In this document: one piece after another, positions 1 through 10,415 of the stretch
Layout: every line of letters starts with the position of its first letter
Position numbering within the stretch: position 1 is the first letter of the stretch
NCBI GenBank assembly: GCA_963726455.1
Contig: CAVSCK010000005.1
Location: forward strand, 512,001 to 576,000
DNA: 64,000 nucleotides
Reading direction: 5' to 3'
Source: an uncultured bacterium
GTDB lineage: Bacteria; Zixibacteria; MSB-5A5; CAIYYT01
The notes under the pieces: model-generated
The model's database searches: none
What the model was told of the DNA's origin: nothing
The model's input: only the letters and a program-made list of their open reading frames with translations
Translations under genes and position numbers: made by a program

Positions 1-621
1 TCCGCATAAACCGTCGGAGCAAAGCAGGAACAGATCGTCCTTCTGGAATCGAATTTGCGAGATGTCGGTCTTGATCGTCGGCCTGGTTCCCAGGGCGCGG
101 GTGATCACATTGCGATTGACGAGATTCTCCGATTCTTCCTCGGTCAAATGATGTTTTTCCATCACCTCGCTGACCCAGGAATGATCGATTGTCACGCGCC
201 GGATATTGCCCTGGCGAATCAGATACGCCCGGCTGTCGCCGACATGGCAGATCGACACCACTCCGTTTTGAAAATGGCATGCCACCACCGTCGTGCCCAT
301 CCCCGAACGCTCGGTTGACTCTTTCGCCACTTCGATAATGCGATGGTTGGCGACGGCAATCGCGCCGACCAGCAGTTTGCCCTCGGGTGAAATCTCCTCC
401 GGATAAGGAAGGCCGTCAACCGCAAAGAGCTGCAGGTCCTGATCCTTAAAGATCGCCGAAATGGTTTCGACCGCCATCTCGGAGGCGACCTCGCCGGCCG
501 CATGGCCGCCCATGCCGTCGCAGACCATGATCAGGTTTACTTCAGGGATTACCGCGTACGCGTCTTCGTTATGATCGCGTACCTTGCCGACGTCGCTGGC
601 GCCGGCGTAAATAATTTGCAT
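1..621 (-). CDS. PP2C-family Ser/Thr protein phosphatase (Stp1/PrpC-like), 3' end runs off the window
   Basis: Manual translation from ATG 621 (not in the ORF track): MQIIYAGASDVGKVRDHNED...MVCDGMGGHAAGEVAS...HVGDSR...RNVITRALG...FLLCSDGL. Confidence 0.93.
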   Translation of the reverse strand, partial: MQIIYAGASDVGKVRDHNEDAYAVIPEVNLIMVCDGMGGHAAGEVASEMAVETISAIFKDQDLQLFAVDGLPYPEEISPEGKLLVGAIAVANHRIIEVAKESTERSGMGTTVVACHFQNGVVSICHVGDSRAYLIRQGNIRRVTIDHSWVSEVMEKHHLTEEESENLVNRNVITRALGTRPTIKTDISQIRFQKDDLFLLCSDGLCG

Positions 622-630
622 CGGTTTTCG

Positions 631-1704
631 TTACCTCATCAGCAGGATCAGCACAACAATAAGTGCAACAATTACGGCCGCAAGAATCATTATCCATTTC
701 GGATTGATCGGACTGGAGGTTCCCATCGGCGCGAAATTTTCCTGTCCGCGGAAACAAAGCCGCATAAAGACTTCGCCCGAGGGCGCGGGTATCGAGATGA
801 TATCCTCCGGGGCGATGAACTCCCGCTGTCCCGGTTCAATGATCTTGCGATTAACGAATGTACGCAGCTGACTGCGTTTGTCGGTCAGATACAGTCCCTC
901 ATCGGTAGAGGTAATGACGCAATGCTCGCGCGAGATTGCCGATTCGGGTTGCCCCTGTTCGTCGTGGTCAAGCACCAGGTCGCAAAGTCCGCGTTCGCGG
1001 CCGATCAAGTACTCCTGGGTGTCGATCTCAAAGGCACGTCCCTTGTGCTGACCGCTTAGAACGCACAGTGTATAGACTGAACTGATCTTCTGTTTCTTCG
1101 GCTGCCGCGGAGGCTCCTGTTTCGGTGGTGGTGAAGGTGGATTGGGACGGACTGGACCGGCGTCGCGATGTTCCACCGGCGGCGGCGCCATTCTCTCCTG
1201 CTGTGCCTGTGCCGCCATTTCTTGCGAATTAATAATGACCGTTGCGCGCTCGCCTCTCCTGGCTGCCGGCTTCGGTGGTTCGGGAGCAGGGACAGGCGCC
1301 GGCGGTTGGGGTGTCGGCTCGACAACCGGTATTGCCGTCGCGGTAACTTGAACTGTGGGTTTCGGCGGTTCCGCCACGACCTGTACCGGCTCAACTGCCG
1401 CTACCGACGGTTGGATCTGATAGGTCACGACCATCATGTAATCGAGAAATCCGACCTTGTCGCCTTCCTTCAATATCACGCGATCGCCCGCGACAGCGCC
1501 GTTGATCGTGAACGACATATCGCGCACGCGCGATTCGATTTCATAGCCGGACGGCTGCTTGGCGATAAAGAACAGATCGCCTTCGATTCCGGGAGTCTCC
1601 AATTGCAGGTCAACCGTGCCGCCCGAGCCGATGCGGGCGATGTTGCCGTCGAATTCGAAGACCTTAAGATTCACGCCATTCCTGAGAACAATGAACTTTG
1701 CCAT
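631..1704 (-). CDS. FHA-domain protein (degenerate N-terminal FHA-like domain, Pro-rich linker, FHA, C-terminal TM anchor)
   Basis: IGRE...SAISREHC...LTDKRSQLRTFVN FHA motif; hydrophobic C-terminus. Confidence 0.85.
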   Translation of the reverse strand: MAKFIVLRNGVNLKVFEFDGNIARIGSGGTVDLQLETPGIEGDLFFIAKQPSGYEIESRVRDMSFTINGAVAGDRVILKEGDKVGFLDYMMVVTYQIQPSVAAVEPVQVVAEPPKPTVQVTATAIPVVEPTPQPPAPVPAPEPPKPAARRGERATVIINSQEMAAQAQQERMAPPPVEHRDAGPVRPNPPSPPPKQEPPRQPKKQKISSVYTLCVLSGQHKGRAFEIDTQEYLIGRERGLCDLVLDHDEQGQPESAISREHCVITSTDEGLYLTDKRSQLRTFVNRKIIEPGQREFIAPEDIISIPAPSGEVFMRLCFRGQENFAPMGTSSPINPKWIMILAAVIVALIVVLILLMR

Positions 1705-4130
1705 TATTTCTTCTTTATTTTCAGCGTCACCACATACGTCTGGCCGCTTTTGACTTCCTGTTTCTGGTCGTCCGATTTGTAATCGGGATGGTTCGAGATG
1801 AATTTGTATTTGCCCGGATTAAGATTGAGTGTGAGCATGCCGTCCTTGTCGGACTTGCCCAGGTCGACGTTCTGTTTCTGTTTCTGATTGGCCGGTTGGA
1901 ACTCGGCCGTAATCGCTACGCCGCCAACCGCTACTTGCTTGTTGTCGATCACTACGATCTTGACCTGCCCTTTGCCTGCAGAGGATTCCACCACTGCCGG
2001 CTTTTCCTCTTTCTTCTCCTTCTTGGCGACAGGGCGCATCATCACGACGAATGAATTCAACGATGCCGAGATCGAAGTATCAACATCCGAATATCCATCC
2101 GCGCTCACACTGACACGGCAGACGACACCGGGCAGACGAACTTCCGTTGGAGTGTTCTGGCCTATCGAACTCGATTTCCCCTCGTAACTGACTGTCTTCA
2201 CTCTGCCGTTTACCGAACTTCCCGTAGCCACATCCTGCGCGGAAATCGCGACATTGCGGAAAAGCAGCGTTCGGTAGATCGGCTTGCGTGTCGCAATCGC
2301 CGGTATCTCCAGCGATGCATCGTCGAACCCCGCCTTGCGCAGGGTCAGCATGGTCGCCGCATCCCCAAAATCGGATTTCATCGGGGTCGTTCCGATCTCG
2401 GTTGCAGAACCGGCAATTATCACTGTTGCGCCTTCCGGCACGGTCACTACTTGCGTCTTTGGTTTTTCCGAAAACGATCCACTGATCTGGATGACATTTC
2501 CCGACAATTGGGCAACTTCATAGCCGGTGGCCGAGAAACTCGAAATATCGGCAAGGTTTATCGTGCCGGAACTCAGCACCGGTTTGCTTTGGATTTCGAG
2601 TGTCACCTGCAGAGTATCAGTTGGTGAGGCGGCGAACCGATATGGTGTAGTTTCCGATATCTCCTTGCCGTTGACCGTAATCTTGGCGCCTACCGGTGTT
2701 GAATTGATTTCGACCAGTGCCTTAAGATGAATGGGCGCTTTCTCGAACTGCTCGAAATTGACCGCCAATTGTGTATCCGGGCAGCATTTGCTCTTCAGGG
2801 TCAGCTTGCCACCTTCCTTGGCAGAGAATGTCAGCGGAGTCACTCCCAAAAGCGAATCGCCGGCATAAACTTCGGCGCCTTCGGGAACCGTCGCCAGTTT
2901 GCCGGTCTTCATTTCCGACGCCGTGGTGCTGATCGCCGAGCCACCGCTCTTTTGTGTCACCTTCTTGATAGTAATGGCCACCACCGCGACGAAGAGAAAC
3001 ATCGCGACGATACTTAGCACCAACACCGTTCTGCTGCCGCCGAAGCCCCCGCGCTTGGCGCGTTTCAGGCGTTCACCGTAAGGTGTTTTGGAGATGCGCG
3101 TTTCCTGACCGGGACGATCCCTGCGCCCGCCTTGGGAATCGGATGGCGTTTGATCACTCATCGATTTAGTTCCTTCTTCTAATTCAGCCCGGGTGAATGC
3201 CCGGGTTCGCACGATCTGCCGTTCCTTTTCGGAATACGACTGCAATTTAGGCACGGCAGCGAATTTATCAACAACTTCTCTAATTGTTTTATCGGGCGCC
3301 GAAAGACGATCGCGCAGCAGCCGGTCGATTCTTTCGGCAAATTCCGCCGCCGAGTCAATCCGCTGCTCCTTACGTAGTTTCAGGCAACCGTCCAATAGCG
3401 CAATCGTTTCTTTACTGACGCGCGGTCCCAGAGGCGACAAATCATAAGTTCCGCGCACGATCTCGGCCATCAACTCCGACACATTGTGCTGCGGAAACAG
3501 CCGCTCGCCGGTTATCAGTTCATAGGCAACCACACCCAGACTGAATAGATCGGAGTGTTGGTCTACCGGCGTGCCCTGTATCAGTTCGGGCGCCAGGTAA
3601 GCCACGCGGTCCGCCGTCCGGATTTCCCCGGACGTCGGCAGAACGAAATCCACGACGCGTACGTTGCCTGATTCGGTCAGATGAATCGTTTCCGGATTCA
3701 GCCCCAGATGATACAGGCGCAAGGCCCTGCCGGAAACATGGTCGCGCAATCCGTGCGTGGAAGCCAACAGATGTGCCACCTGGCTGATGACATAAAGCGA
3801 CAACTCCGGCGGGAAATCAATTTCCTGAAAATGCCGCAGCAGTCGACCGAGACTGACCGATCTGGGTGCGTCCGTCAGGACAAAGATGGAATTGTCTTCG
3901 CCGCGACGATGGGACACGAACTGCTCGGCGTTGGGATGATTCAATTCCGCCAGGGCAAACGTGGCTGCCAGGTATTGTTTGACATCGAGACTATCCGACC
4001 AGGCGTGTCGCGAAATCTCCCGCACCTGCACGTTTCGCGCCAATTCCAGATCGCGGGCGATGTGAACCGCGCTCCACTTGGTTTCGTGGAGAATCCCCTG
4101 GAATTCGAACCGTTCATCGAGTACGCGCAT
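1704..4130 (-). CDS. Membrane Ser/Thr kinase-like protein (probable pseudokinase) with extracellular PEGA repeats
   Basis: Kinase fold (YLAPE, SDLFSLGVVAYELITG), one TM helix, PEGA repeats (TVPEGAEV..GVTP; STPVGAKI; TVPEGATV..GTTP); HRD, DFG and VAIK motifs are degenerate. Confidence 0.85.
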   Translation of the reverse strand: MRVLDERFEFQGILHETKWSAVHIARDLELARNVQVREISRHAWSDSLDVKQYLAATFALAELNHPNAEQFVSHRRGEDNSIFVLTDAPRSVSLGRLLRHFQEIDFPPELSLYVISQVAHLLASTHGLRDHVSGRALRLYHLGLNPETIHLTESGNVRVVDFVLPTSGEIRTADRVAYLAPELIQGTPVDQHSDLFSLGVVAYELITGERLFPQHNVSELMAEIVRGTYDLSPLGPRVSKETIALLDGCLKLRKEQRIDSAAEFAERIDRLLRDRLSAPDKTIREVVDKFAAVPKLQSYSEKERQIVRTRAFTRAELEEGTKSMSDQTPSDSQGGRRDRPGQETRISKTPYGERLKRAKRGGFGGSRTVLVLSIVAMFLFVAVVAITIKKVTQKSGGSAISTTASEMKTGKLATVPEGAEVYAGDSLLGVTPLTFSAKEGGKLTLKSKCCPDTQLAVNFEQFEKAPIHLKALVEINSTPVGAKITVNGKEISETTPYRFAASPTDTLQVTLEIQSKPVLSSGTINLADISSFSATGYEVAQLSGNVIQISGSFSEKPKTQVVTVPEGATVIIAGSATEIGTTPMKSDFGDAATMLTLRKAGFDDASLEIPAIATRKPIYRTLLFRNVAISAQDVATGSSVNGRVKTVSYEGKSSSIGQNTPTEVRLPGVVCRVSVSADGYSDVDTSISASLNSFVVMMRPVAKKEKKEEKPAVVESSAGKGQVKIVVIDNKQVAVGGVAITAEFQPANQKQKQNVDLGKSDKDGMLTLNLNPGKYKFISNHPDYKSDDQKQEVKSGQTYVVTLKIKKK

Positions 4131-4351
4131 GTCTTCTATATTCCCCTGCTCATACTACGCCGCCATCCGGCTTCGCGGAATCCTCATGATCTTCAATCCG
4201 TTATTATATTAACGGATTCCCGTAGGATTTCTGCAATAATACGTTGCCGGGGAAAATAGTCAATCTTCAACACAAGTGGGGGTGTCCTGGCAAAAGAACG
4301 GGCGCAGCCATTGCAGCCGCGCCCACATATGTTGAAATGCTATGCGTGAAT

Positions 4352-5329
4352 CTACATGCCGTAACAGTGCGGAGCGGGTCCGCCGGCGAATATGTATTGA
4401 ATCAAATACACGACATCGGATATGTCATACGCTTGGTCACCGTTTGCGTCACCGTACCCGCCTTGATAGTTGCAGTCACTACTCCCCGGAGCTCCGTCGC
4501 ATCTCGCAACGATGCATTGAAGCGCGAAGACGGCATCAGAGATGTCAAAGGTGCCATCCATGTTCGCGTCGCCGCACGCGGTGCAACACTGATTGTGAGT
4601 CAAAACCGGAGTGTAATACGGCTTCTGATTGGTCACCAAGACGGTGCTGCCGAACGGAGCTACGTAAGAAGTGTCGTAGTCGATCAATTGTGACGGATCG
4701 CCGTTGAGGATGCGCACATTCAGTTTACAGAGCAGAGCATTGCTGAATACAGGAGGGTTAAGTCCGTCCAAAACCGCCACGAGTACTACCTGATTTGTTT
4801 CAGGATAGAATTCAGGCCATAGACTCATGACAGCGACCTGAGATCCCGCCGTGCTCACCGATGTCACTTCCACGTTATCATTCAGGTAGCCCAAGACAAT
4901 ATTCAGCCCCACAACGCCTGGAATCGTCGTTATTCGAATGGGTACTGCAATGGAATCGTTACCCGGATATCTTTCAATAGGCCAGCAATCGATTCTGATT
5001 TCTCCGCCGGTCTCGGTTGGGCAAGCAATGGGGTTTCCGCATTCAAACGGCGGGCCTGTCCAGTAACGGACGTACCGACTAAACAGAATTAAGTCCGGGG
5101 CAGCAACACCGCCACAGCCATCGATCTCTCCGCAAGTGTCGATGACAGTGCCTCCGCCAAAGAAATATTGAATGTAAAAAACTCCGTCCGTAATATCAAT
5201 TGCGCCATCATGGTCTGCATCTCCGCAACTTGCGCAAGCGGCCTTTGATTGAGCGAACGCTGTTCCGGTGACTACCAGTGAAAAAATCAGCCCCAAGGCC
5301 AACGTCAGCAACAGTACTCTGCCATTCAT
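4352..5329 (-). CDS. Secreted dockerin-cohesin-dockerin-like protein
   Basis: Signal peptide; CGDADHDGAIDITD and CGDANMDGTFDISD EF-hand-like dockerin repeats; C-terminal YIFAGGPAP-C. Confidence 0.75.
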   Translation of the reverse strand: MNGRVLLLTLALGLIFSLVVTGTAFAQSKAACASCGDADHDGAIDITDGVFYIQYFFGGGTVIDTCGEIDGCGGVAAPDLILFSRYVRYWTGPPFECGNPIACPTETGGEIRIDCWPIERYPGNDSIAVPIRITTIPGVVGLNIVLGYLNDNVEVTSVSTAGSQVAVMSLWPEFYPETNQVVLVAVLDGLNPPVFSNALLCKLNVRILNGDPSQLIDYDTSYVAPFGSTVLVTNQKPYYTPVLTHNQCCTACGDANMDGTFDISDAVFALQCIVARCDGAPGSSDCNYQGGYGDANGDQAYDISDVVYLIQYIFAGGPAPHCYGM

Positions 5330-5549
5330 GGTACCTCCCGTGGACTTCTACATGCTCGATGTCTGCCGATTGTATTCAAACCTGCCGGCAACCAGACCAG
5401 GCACCGCCCAATCCCTGAGGGCATACCCCAAAGGCATATCGAGAAATCAGCAGACTTGTCAGTGCAGAAATAATATAGGGGGACAGGTCGTTTTTAGCAA
5501 GAGCCGTTCGGCTTCCAGGAGTGACCCTGTCGCAATTGCTACAGGATAG

Positions 5550-7124
5550 TTACCACCACACCTGCTTGCCGCTGTCGATCGTGAAGACACGCTCATCTTT
5601 ATCTGAACCGGTCGCCACCAGCCAATACAGACAACCGCTCGGCACCTTGTCGAAGGCCAGCGGTTCTTTTCCGGCGACGGCTTTACCCAACGACTGCCAA
5701 CCGTCTTTCCAGTAAAGCAGTTCGTATTCTTTGCCTTCCGCCGGCGCCTGCTTCACAACTCCGTCAGTCGAGATTTCGAGAACGCGCGCGGTGGTCGAAG
5801 TCAGTTCCAATCGTGAAGTGGCTCCTGGTTGTGGCTCCAACCAGGTCAGTTTGCCGTCATCGTTCAATGTAAACGGCGCGCTGACCGGCTCAATCTTCTC
5901 ATTAGTATAAAGTCCGACCAACAACACCAGACCGCGCGCCATGTTAGTGAATGTAACTTTGCCATCCGCTGTGCATCTGCCCCATTGAATTGGCTTCCAT
6001 TCGCCTTCGTTGAACACACAGATGTAGGCGATATCGACCGAGTCCGGAATCGGCTTCTTGAGTTCCACCGTGACATCACTCACCGGACCATACTCGGCCG
6101 TAACGTCGATGTAGTTCTTGCCCGCCAGCCAGGGCGCGATCTTCTCCTGTTTGTGCGTCTGAAAGACCAGGTTTTGCGGCTGCAGGTCATACGTCTTGCG
6201 GTAAACCTTGGCGTACTTATGCGCCAGTCCATATTCACCCGGATTTGCCTCGGCGCCCATAAACGGAATCACTTTACCATCAGGCGTCAAAATCGCATTC
6301 CAAGCGTGGTTGTTGCCGCAGTTGGCCCAATAGGGCGTGTAGTCACTCGTAACAGCCAGGCCGTTGGCGCGCATGGCATAGATTGTTGCGTTGGTCATGT
6401 CCTCGCAACGCCCCTTATGGCCGCTCAACATCTCCGTCATTCCCTGATCCGTCGGATGGAAATAATACCGCTCGTCAAACGAGAACCACGTCTTGACATC
6501 GTTGTTGATCAGCTTCGACGCCTCCAGCGGATCGGTCGAATCCTTCATCTTGCCCGGCAGGTCGCGATACTTAAGCAGAAACGTCTCGCGCCATTTTTCC
6601 AGCGGCTCGTTGCTGCCGCGATAGGGGAGCACGTATTGACAGAACTGTTCGAACGTCAGTTTCTTTGCCCATGGCTTTTCGCGCCAGGCCACAAACGCCT
6701 TGTCGATCTGGTCGATCAGGAAATCGCCTGTGATGACGTCCAGGTCTTCTTTCGCCTCTTTCTTGTCGTAGTCAACCGTGCCATGCTTCTCTTCCAAGCG
6801 CTTGAAATCGGCCGTCAGAGAATCATAATTCGGATATGCAAGCGGATCAAATTCCAGGGCCTTGCCCAGCGTGTCTTTCCAGTAATAGGTCACATAGCTG
6901 TGCCCTTCCATATTTCCGATCAAAAAATACGCGGCTTTCAGCTTCAGCGAATCGTCCGCAGAATTGTAATGCGAAATCACCTTCTCTAGTTCGGCGCTGT
7001 TCGCGCCCGCTTTCTTTAATGCTCCGGTTACGTTGTCAGGATATTGTGCTGCGTCCGATTGGCCGATCATGGCACCGGTCAACAGCAGCAACATCAGCAT
7101 TACCGTGGATACGTACTTATTCAT
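5550..7124 (-). CDS. Secreted transglutaminase-like domain protein
   Basis: Signal peptide; YVLPYR, GRCEDM and NHAWN motifs (catalytic Cys/His). Confidence 0.8.
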   Translation of the reverse strand: MNKYVSTVMLMLLLLTGAMIGQSDAAQYPDNVTGALKKAGANSAELEKVISHYNSADDSLKLKAAYFLIGNMEGHSYVTYYWKDTLGKALEFDPLAYPNYDSLTADFKRLEEKHGTVDYDKKEAKEDLDVITGDFLIDQIDKAFVAWREKPWAKKLTFEQFCQYVLPYRGSNEPLEKWRETFLLKYRDLPGKMKDSTDPLEASKLINNDVKTWFSFDERYYFHPTDQGMTEMLSGHKGRCEDMTNATIYAMRANGLAVTSDYTPYWANCGNNHAWNAILTPDGKVIPFMGAEANPGEYGLAHKYAKVYRKTYDLQPQNLVFQTHKQEKIAPWLAGKNYIDVTAEYGPVSDVTVELKKPIPDSVDIAYICVFNEGEWKPIQWGRCTADGKVTFTNMARGLVLLVGLYTNEKIEPVSAPFTLNDDGKLTWLEPQPGATSRLELTSTTARVLEISTDGVVKQAPAEGKEYELLYWKDGWQSLGKAVAGKEPLAFDKVPSGCLYWLVATGSDKDERVFTIDSGKQVWW

Positions 7125-7175
7125 TATTCCTCCAGAGCATAGAACTACGTGGCCACCTGCTTGATATTCAGGCAG

Positions 7176-8936
7176 CTACTTGATAATCATCACGCCGTAC
7201 GTGTCGGCATTATAGTCAATGGGCGCCTGCCAATCGGCAGAACTCTGCAAGCGCGGTTCCTTGCGGCGGAAATTGAGCCGCCATTCGTCGCCCGATTTCA
7301 AGCTCGCGCCGAACTGGCTGACCGGAATACGCGCCTCCATCGCCCACGAGCCGCTCCCCTTGGCCGTCTTGACATCAATAATCGCATTCCAGCTCTTGTC
7401 CGCCGCAACAAAACCCATGGCGTCCTTGGTGAGCTTCTGGTCGAAGATAGTACCCAGCGGATTGATATAGATCTGATACACCGCACCGCCCGCGACCGGC
7501 TCAAGGAAGAATCCGACACAGTCCTCGGCAGAAATCAGCGCATCTCGATCAGTGAGCTTGGCGCGCAACGAATCGATTTTCGGATCCGTGCATTGTGCGG
7601 CGAGGTAGAGATATTCCTGATCGTGGGCAAAATAGAATTTGACGGGATCGATTGTCATCTCACTACCGTCGGGCGCAAAGAACCGCGCGACCGGATCATG
7701 CCAGCAATTTTCGGTGATCGCACCGTCGAGCCGTGGCGGAGTACCGGCTTCATAGCAGATCACTTGCCGGCTGACCCGGATATCATTCTTCACGACTGTC
7801 TTGCGATCTTTTCCCAGACTGAACGGAAACTCGACCGTCGGCACCGGATAGAGCTTACCGGCGCTGTGCACACGAAACGAGAACGTTTTCGTTTCGCCCG
7901 CAGCCAGCTTGACTTCCATCACAGCCGGTTCAATCGTCCAATCGGACGGCAGCTTCCAGCGCAGACTGTCGGCCACTTCTTTTCCGGAGAACCTGTTGTT
8001 GATCCGTACTTCGACCGTCGTGTCTTTGACAGTCAAGTCATTAGCAACCGGCACGGTCGCCACAACCGCCAGCCCCTGACTGCGAATACTATCGAGGGCA
8101 ATTTGTTCTGTGGTAGTGAAATCATCCCAGGCCAGCACCGAACCGGACTTGATCGGCGCGATATGGATACCCAGACTGTCGACTGTCACCCAGGTAAAAT
8201 GGAATTGTATCCCGCTCGGTCCGGGGTCGGTTGCTCCTCCCGAGCTGCTGACCGTCGTGTACATGATTCCATCGCGCATGCCGCTGAAGTACTCATGAAA
8301 ATGTCCGTTGAATACAGCGTCGACGCCATACCGCACGAACAACTTGTGCAATGTATCCGGCTTGCTCTGTTCGATCGATTCGAACCAGAAGGGTTTGTGG
8401 AAGAAGACGAAACAGTGCTCCGCCATCTCGTTTTGCTTGAGATCGTCGGTCAGCCAATCCATTTCCGGCTTCGGCAGCGTATCCTCGAATTCCCAGCGGC
8501 TGACATCAAGCACGATGAAATGCGAGCCGCCGTAATCAAACGAATAGTATGGCTTCCCCGCATACAGGCGATACCACGGTTCCATCGCATCGTAAGTTAT
8601 ATCATGGTTCCCCGGCGTGAGATAAAGTGGCGATGGCAACGGCTTGACAATCGAATAGTATTCCCGCCACTGCGCTGCGACTTCCGTCGAATCGGTCGAA
8701 TAACCCTCGATTTGGTCGCCGACCGTAATCGAAAAATCAGGTCGCAATCGCGCGATCTCGGCAATGATTTCCTCGTACACGCCCGGCACATGTCCGCCGG
8801 TGCGGTCGCCGATAATGGCAAACCGAATCGTCGCATTACGTGGTCCAACTTCCTGTTTGGTCGCGGGAGTTGCCGCCAGTACTACCGCAATCAGAGCCAT
8901 TACCAAGAGTGTCAATATCAGGAATCTTCTCTTCAC
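7176..8936 (-). CDS. Secreted calcineurin-like metallophosphoesterase with C-terminal CBM9/DOMON-like domain
   Basis: IIGD, VGDQI, PGNHD, FFHKP and NGHFH motifs; PPRLDG...WAMEARIP...WRLNFRR C-terminal domain. Confidence 0.85.
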   Translation of the reverse strand: MKRRFLILTLLVMALIAVVLAATPATKQEVGPRNATIRFAIIGDRTGGHVPGVYEEIIAEIARLRPDFSITVGDQIEGYSTDSTEVAAQWREYYSIVKPLPSPLYLTPGNHDITYDAMEPWYRLYAGKPYYSFDYGGSHFIVLDVSRWEFEDTLPKPEMDWLTDDLKQNEMAEHCFVFFHKPFWFESIEQSKPDTLHKLFVRYGVDAVFNGHFHEYFSGMRDGIMYTTVSSSGGATDPGPSGIQFHFTWVTVDSLGIHIAPIKSGSVLAWDDFTTTEQIALDSIRSQGLAVVATVPVANDLTVKDTTVEVRINNRFSGKEVADSLRWKLPSDWTIEPAVMEVKLAAGETKTFSFRVHSAGKLYPVPTVEFPFSLGKDRKTVVKNDIRVSRQVICYEAGTPPRLDGAITENCWHDPVARFFAPDGSEMTIDPVKFYFAHDQEYLYLAAQCTDPKIDSLRAKLTDRDALISAEDCVGFFLEPVAGGAVYQIYINPLGTIFDQKLTKDAMGFVAADKSWNAIIDVKTAKGSGSWAMEARIPVSQFGASLKSGDEWRLNFRRKEPRLQSSADWQAPIDYNADTYGVMIIK

Positions 8937-8986
8937 GATTTTGCCTCCATACTTTTCATAATGTCATTCCGAAGAATTGATGCGCC

Positions 8987-10007
8987 CTAGTGTTGCGCCA
9001 GTATCGTCTCAAACAGCACATCCTTTTGCACAAACGCCGTTCCCACGAATTCAACGACAATTCCCGCCGCCTGATTGGCAATGTACGCTGCCTCCAATTT
9101 CGTGGCGCCGGCAGCCACCATCGCCGTCATCACCGCGATTACCGTATCACCCGCGCCGGTGACATCGAATACTTTCTTGGCAACCGTCGGCAGATGATTG
9201 AACGACCCATCGCTCTCGAACAGCGCCATACCCTTGGCGCCGAGCGTGATCAAGATCGAATCCAGATCGAGTTCCTTCAACAGACTCCAGCCGACCTGCT
9301 TCAGTGTCTCATCGTCGCGAATGCGCACGCCCGCCGCAAACGATGCCTCATGATTGTTGGGCGTAATGACCGACACGCCCCGGTAATTGCGGAAATGCGT
9401 CTCCTTGGGATCGACCGCGACAAATTTCCCCTTTTGGCGCGCCAATCCTACCACGCGCTGCAACAGCGTCGCCGTGATTGCGCCCTTGCCGTAGTCCGAT
9501 ATCAGCAGGCAGTTGACATCGTCCATCCGGCTTTCGATATAGTCGATGATTTCTTTTTCCGTGTAGCCGTCGATCTCGGCGCGCGATTCCCGATCGGCGC
9601 GCACTACCTGCTGATTGTGCGCGATAATCCGCGTCTTCAGCGTGGTCGGCCGCTTCTGGTCGGCAACCAGTTTGTGCTTCCCGATGCCGTCGCGTTCCAG
9701 CATGTGTTTCATGCGGGTGGCGTTGGCATCATCGCCGACCAGTCCGGCGATCTCGACGCCGCAACCGACCGCGGCAATATTCTTGGCGACATTGGCGGCG
9801 CCCCCGAGCATGATCGATTCCGACTCGACTTCGACCACCGGCACGGGCGCTTCCGGGCGAAATCCGATCGACCTTGCCCCACAGATATTGGTCGAGCATC
9901 AGGTCGCCATACACCAGCACCTGTCCCCGCTCGAGATTGTCAAATAGTTGTTTCAGCCGTTCCTTGGTAATGATGGGCAATGGATTCTCCTTGACTACAA
10001 CCGCCAT
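8987..10007 (-). CDS. rfaE1: D-glycero-beta-D-manno-heptose-7-phosphate kinase (RfaE1/HldE kinase domain); one frameshift near 9855
   Basis: VLVYGDLMLDQY...VDRISP in one frame, then PVVEV...LGGAANVA...DVTGAGDTV in another. Confidence 0.9.
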
Positions 10008-10043
10008 TATATTACAATTCCTTCATTATATCAAGGAGTTACG

Positions 10044-10361
10044 ATGCAACCACAGCAACCGCCGCAACAGATACAACTGGAATTACGTGAAGCCGAAGCC
10101 GAGGGGATTTATTCCAACCTCGTCATGATCGGCCATTCGCCCTCGGAAATCATCTTTGATTTTGCCCGTTTTCTTCCCGGTGTACCCAAAGCGCGGGTGT
10201 TTGCGCGCGTGATCATGACGCCGCAGAACGCCAAGTCGCTGCTCAAGACACTCGAGGACAACCTGAAAAAATATGAAGAGAAATTCGGCGAGATCAAACT
10301 TCAGGGGCTGCAGGAAGAAAAGAACATCGGCTTCATCCGCCCCGACAACGACGCGAAGTAG
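10044..10361 (+). CDS. DUF3467 family protein
   Basis: AEGIYSNLVMIGHSPSEIIFDFA...ARVIMTPQNAK; AAGGAG RBS before ATG 10044. Confidence 0.88.
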   Translation: MQPQQPPQQIQLELREAEAEGIYSNLVMIGHSPSEIIFDFARFLPGVPKARVFARVIMTPQNAKSLLKTLEDNLKKYEEKFGEIKLQGLQEEKNIGFIRPDNDAK

Positions 10362-10415
10362 GGATCGATCTTCAAACAACAGAATCCCGGGAGACTCAAT
10401 TCGGAATCTTGAGAT

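Noticed and set aside
5829-9970. Long plus-strand ORFs 5829-6989, 7149-8990 and 8990-9970
   Set aside because: Antisense shadows of well-supported minus-strand genes, with no recognisable motifs.
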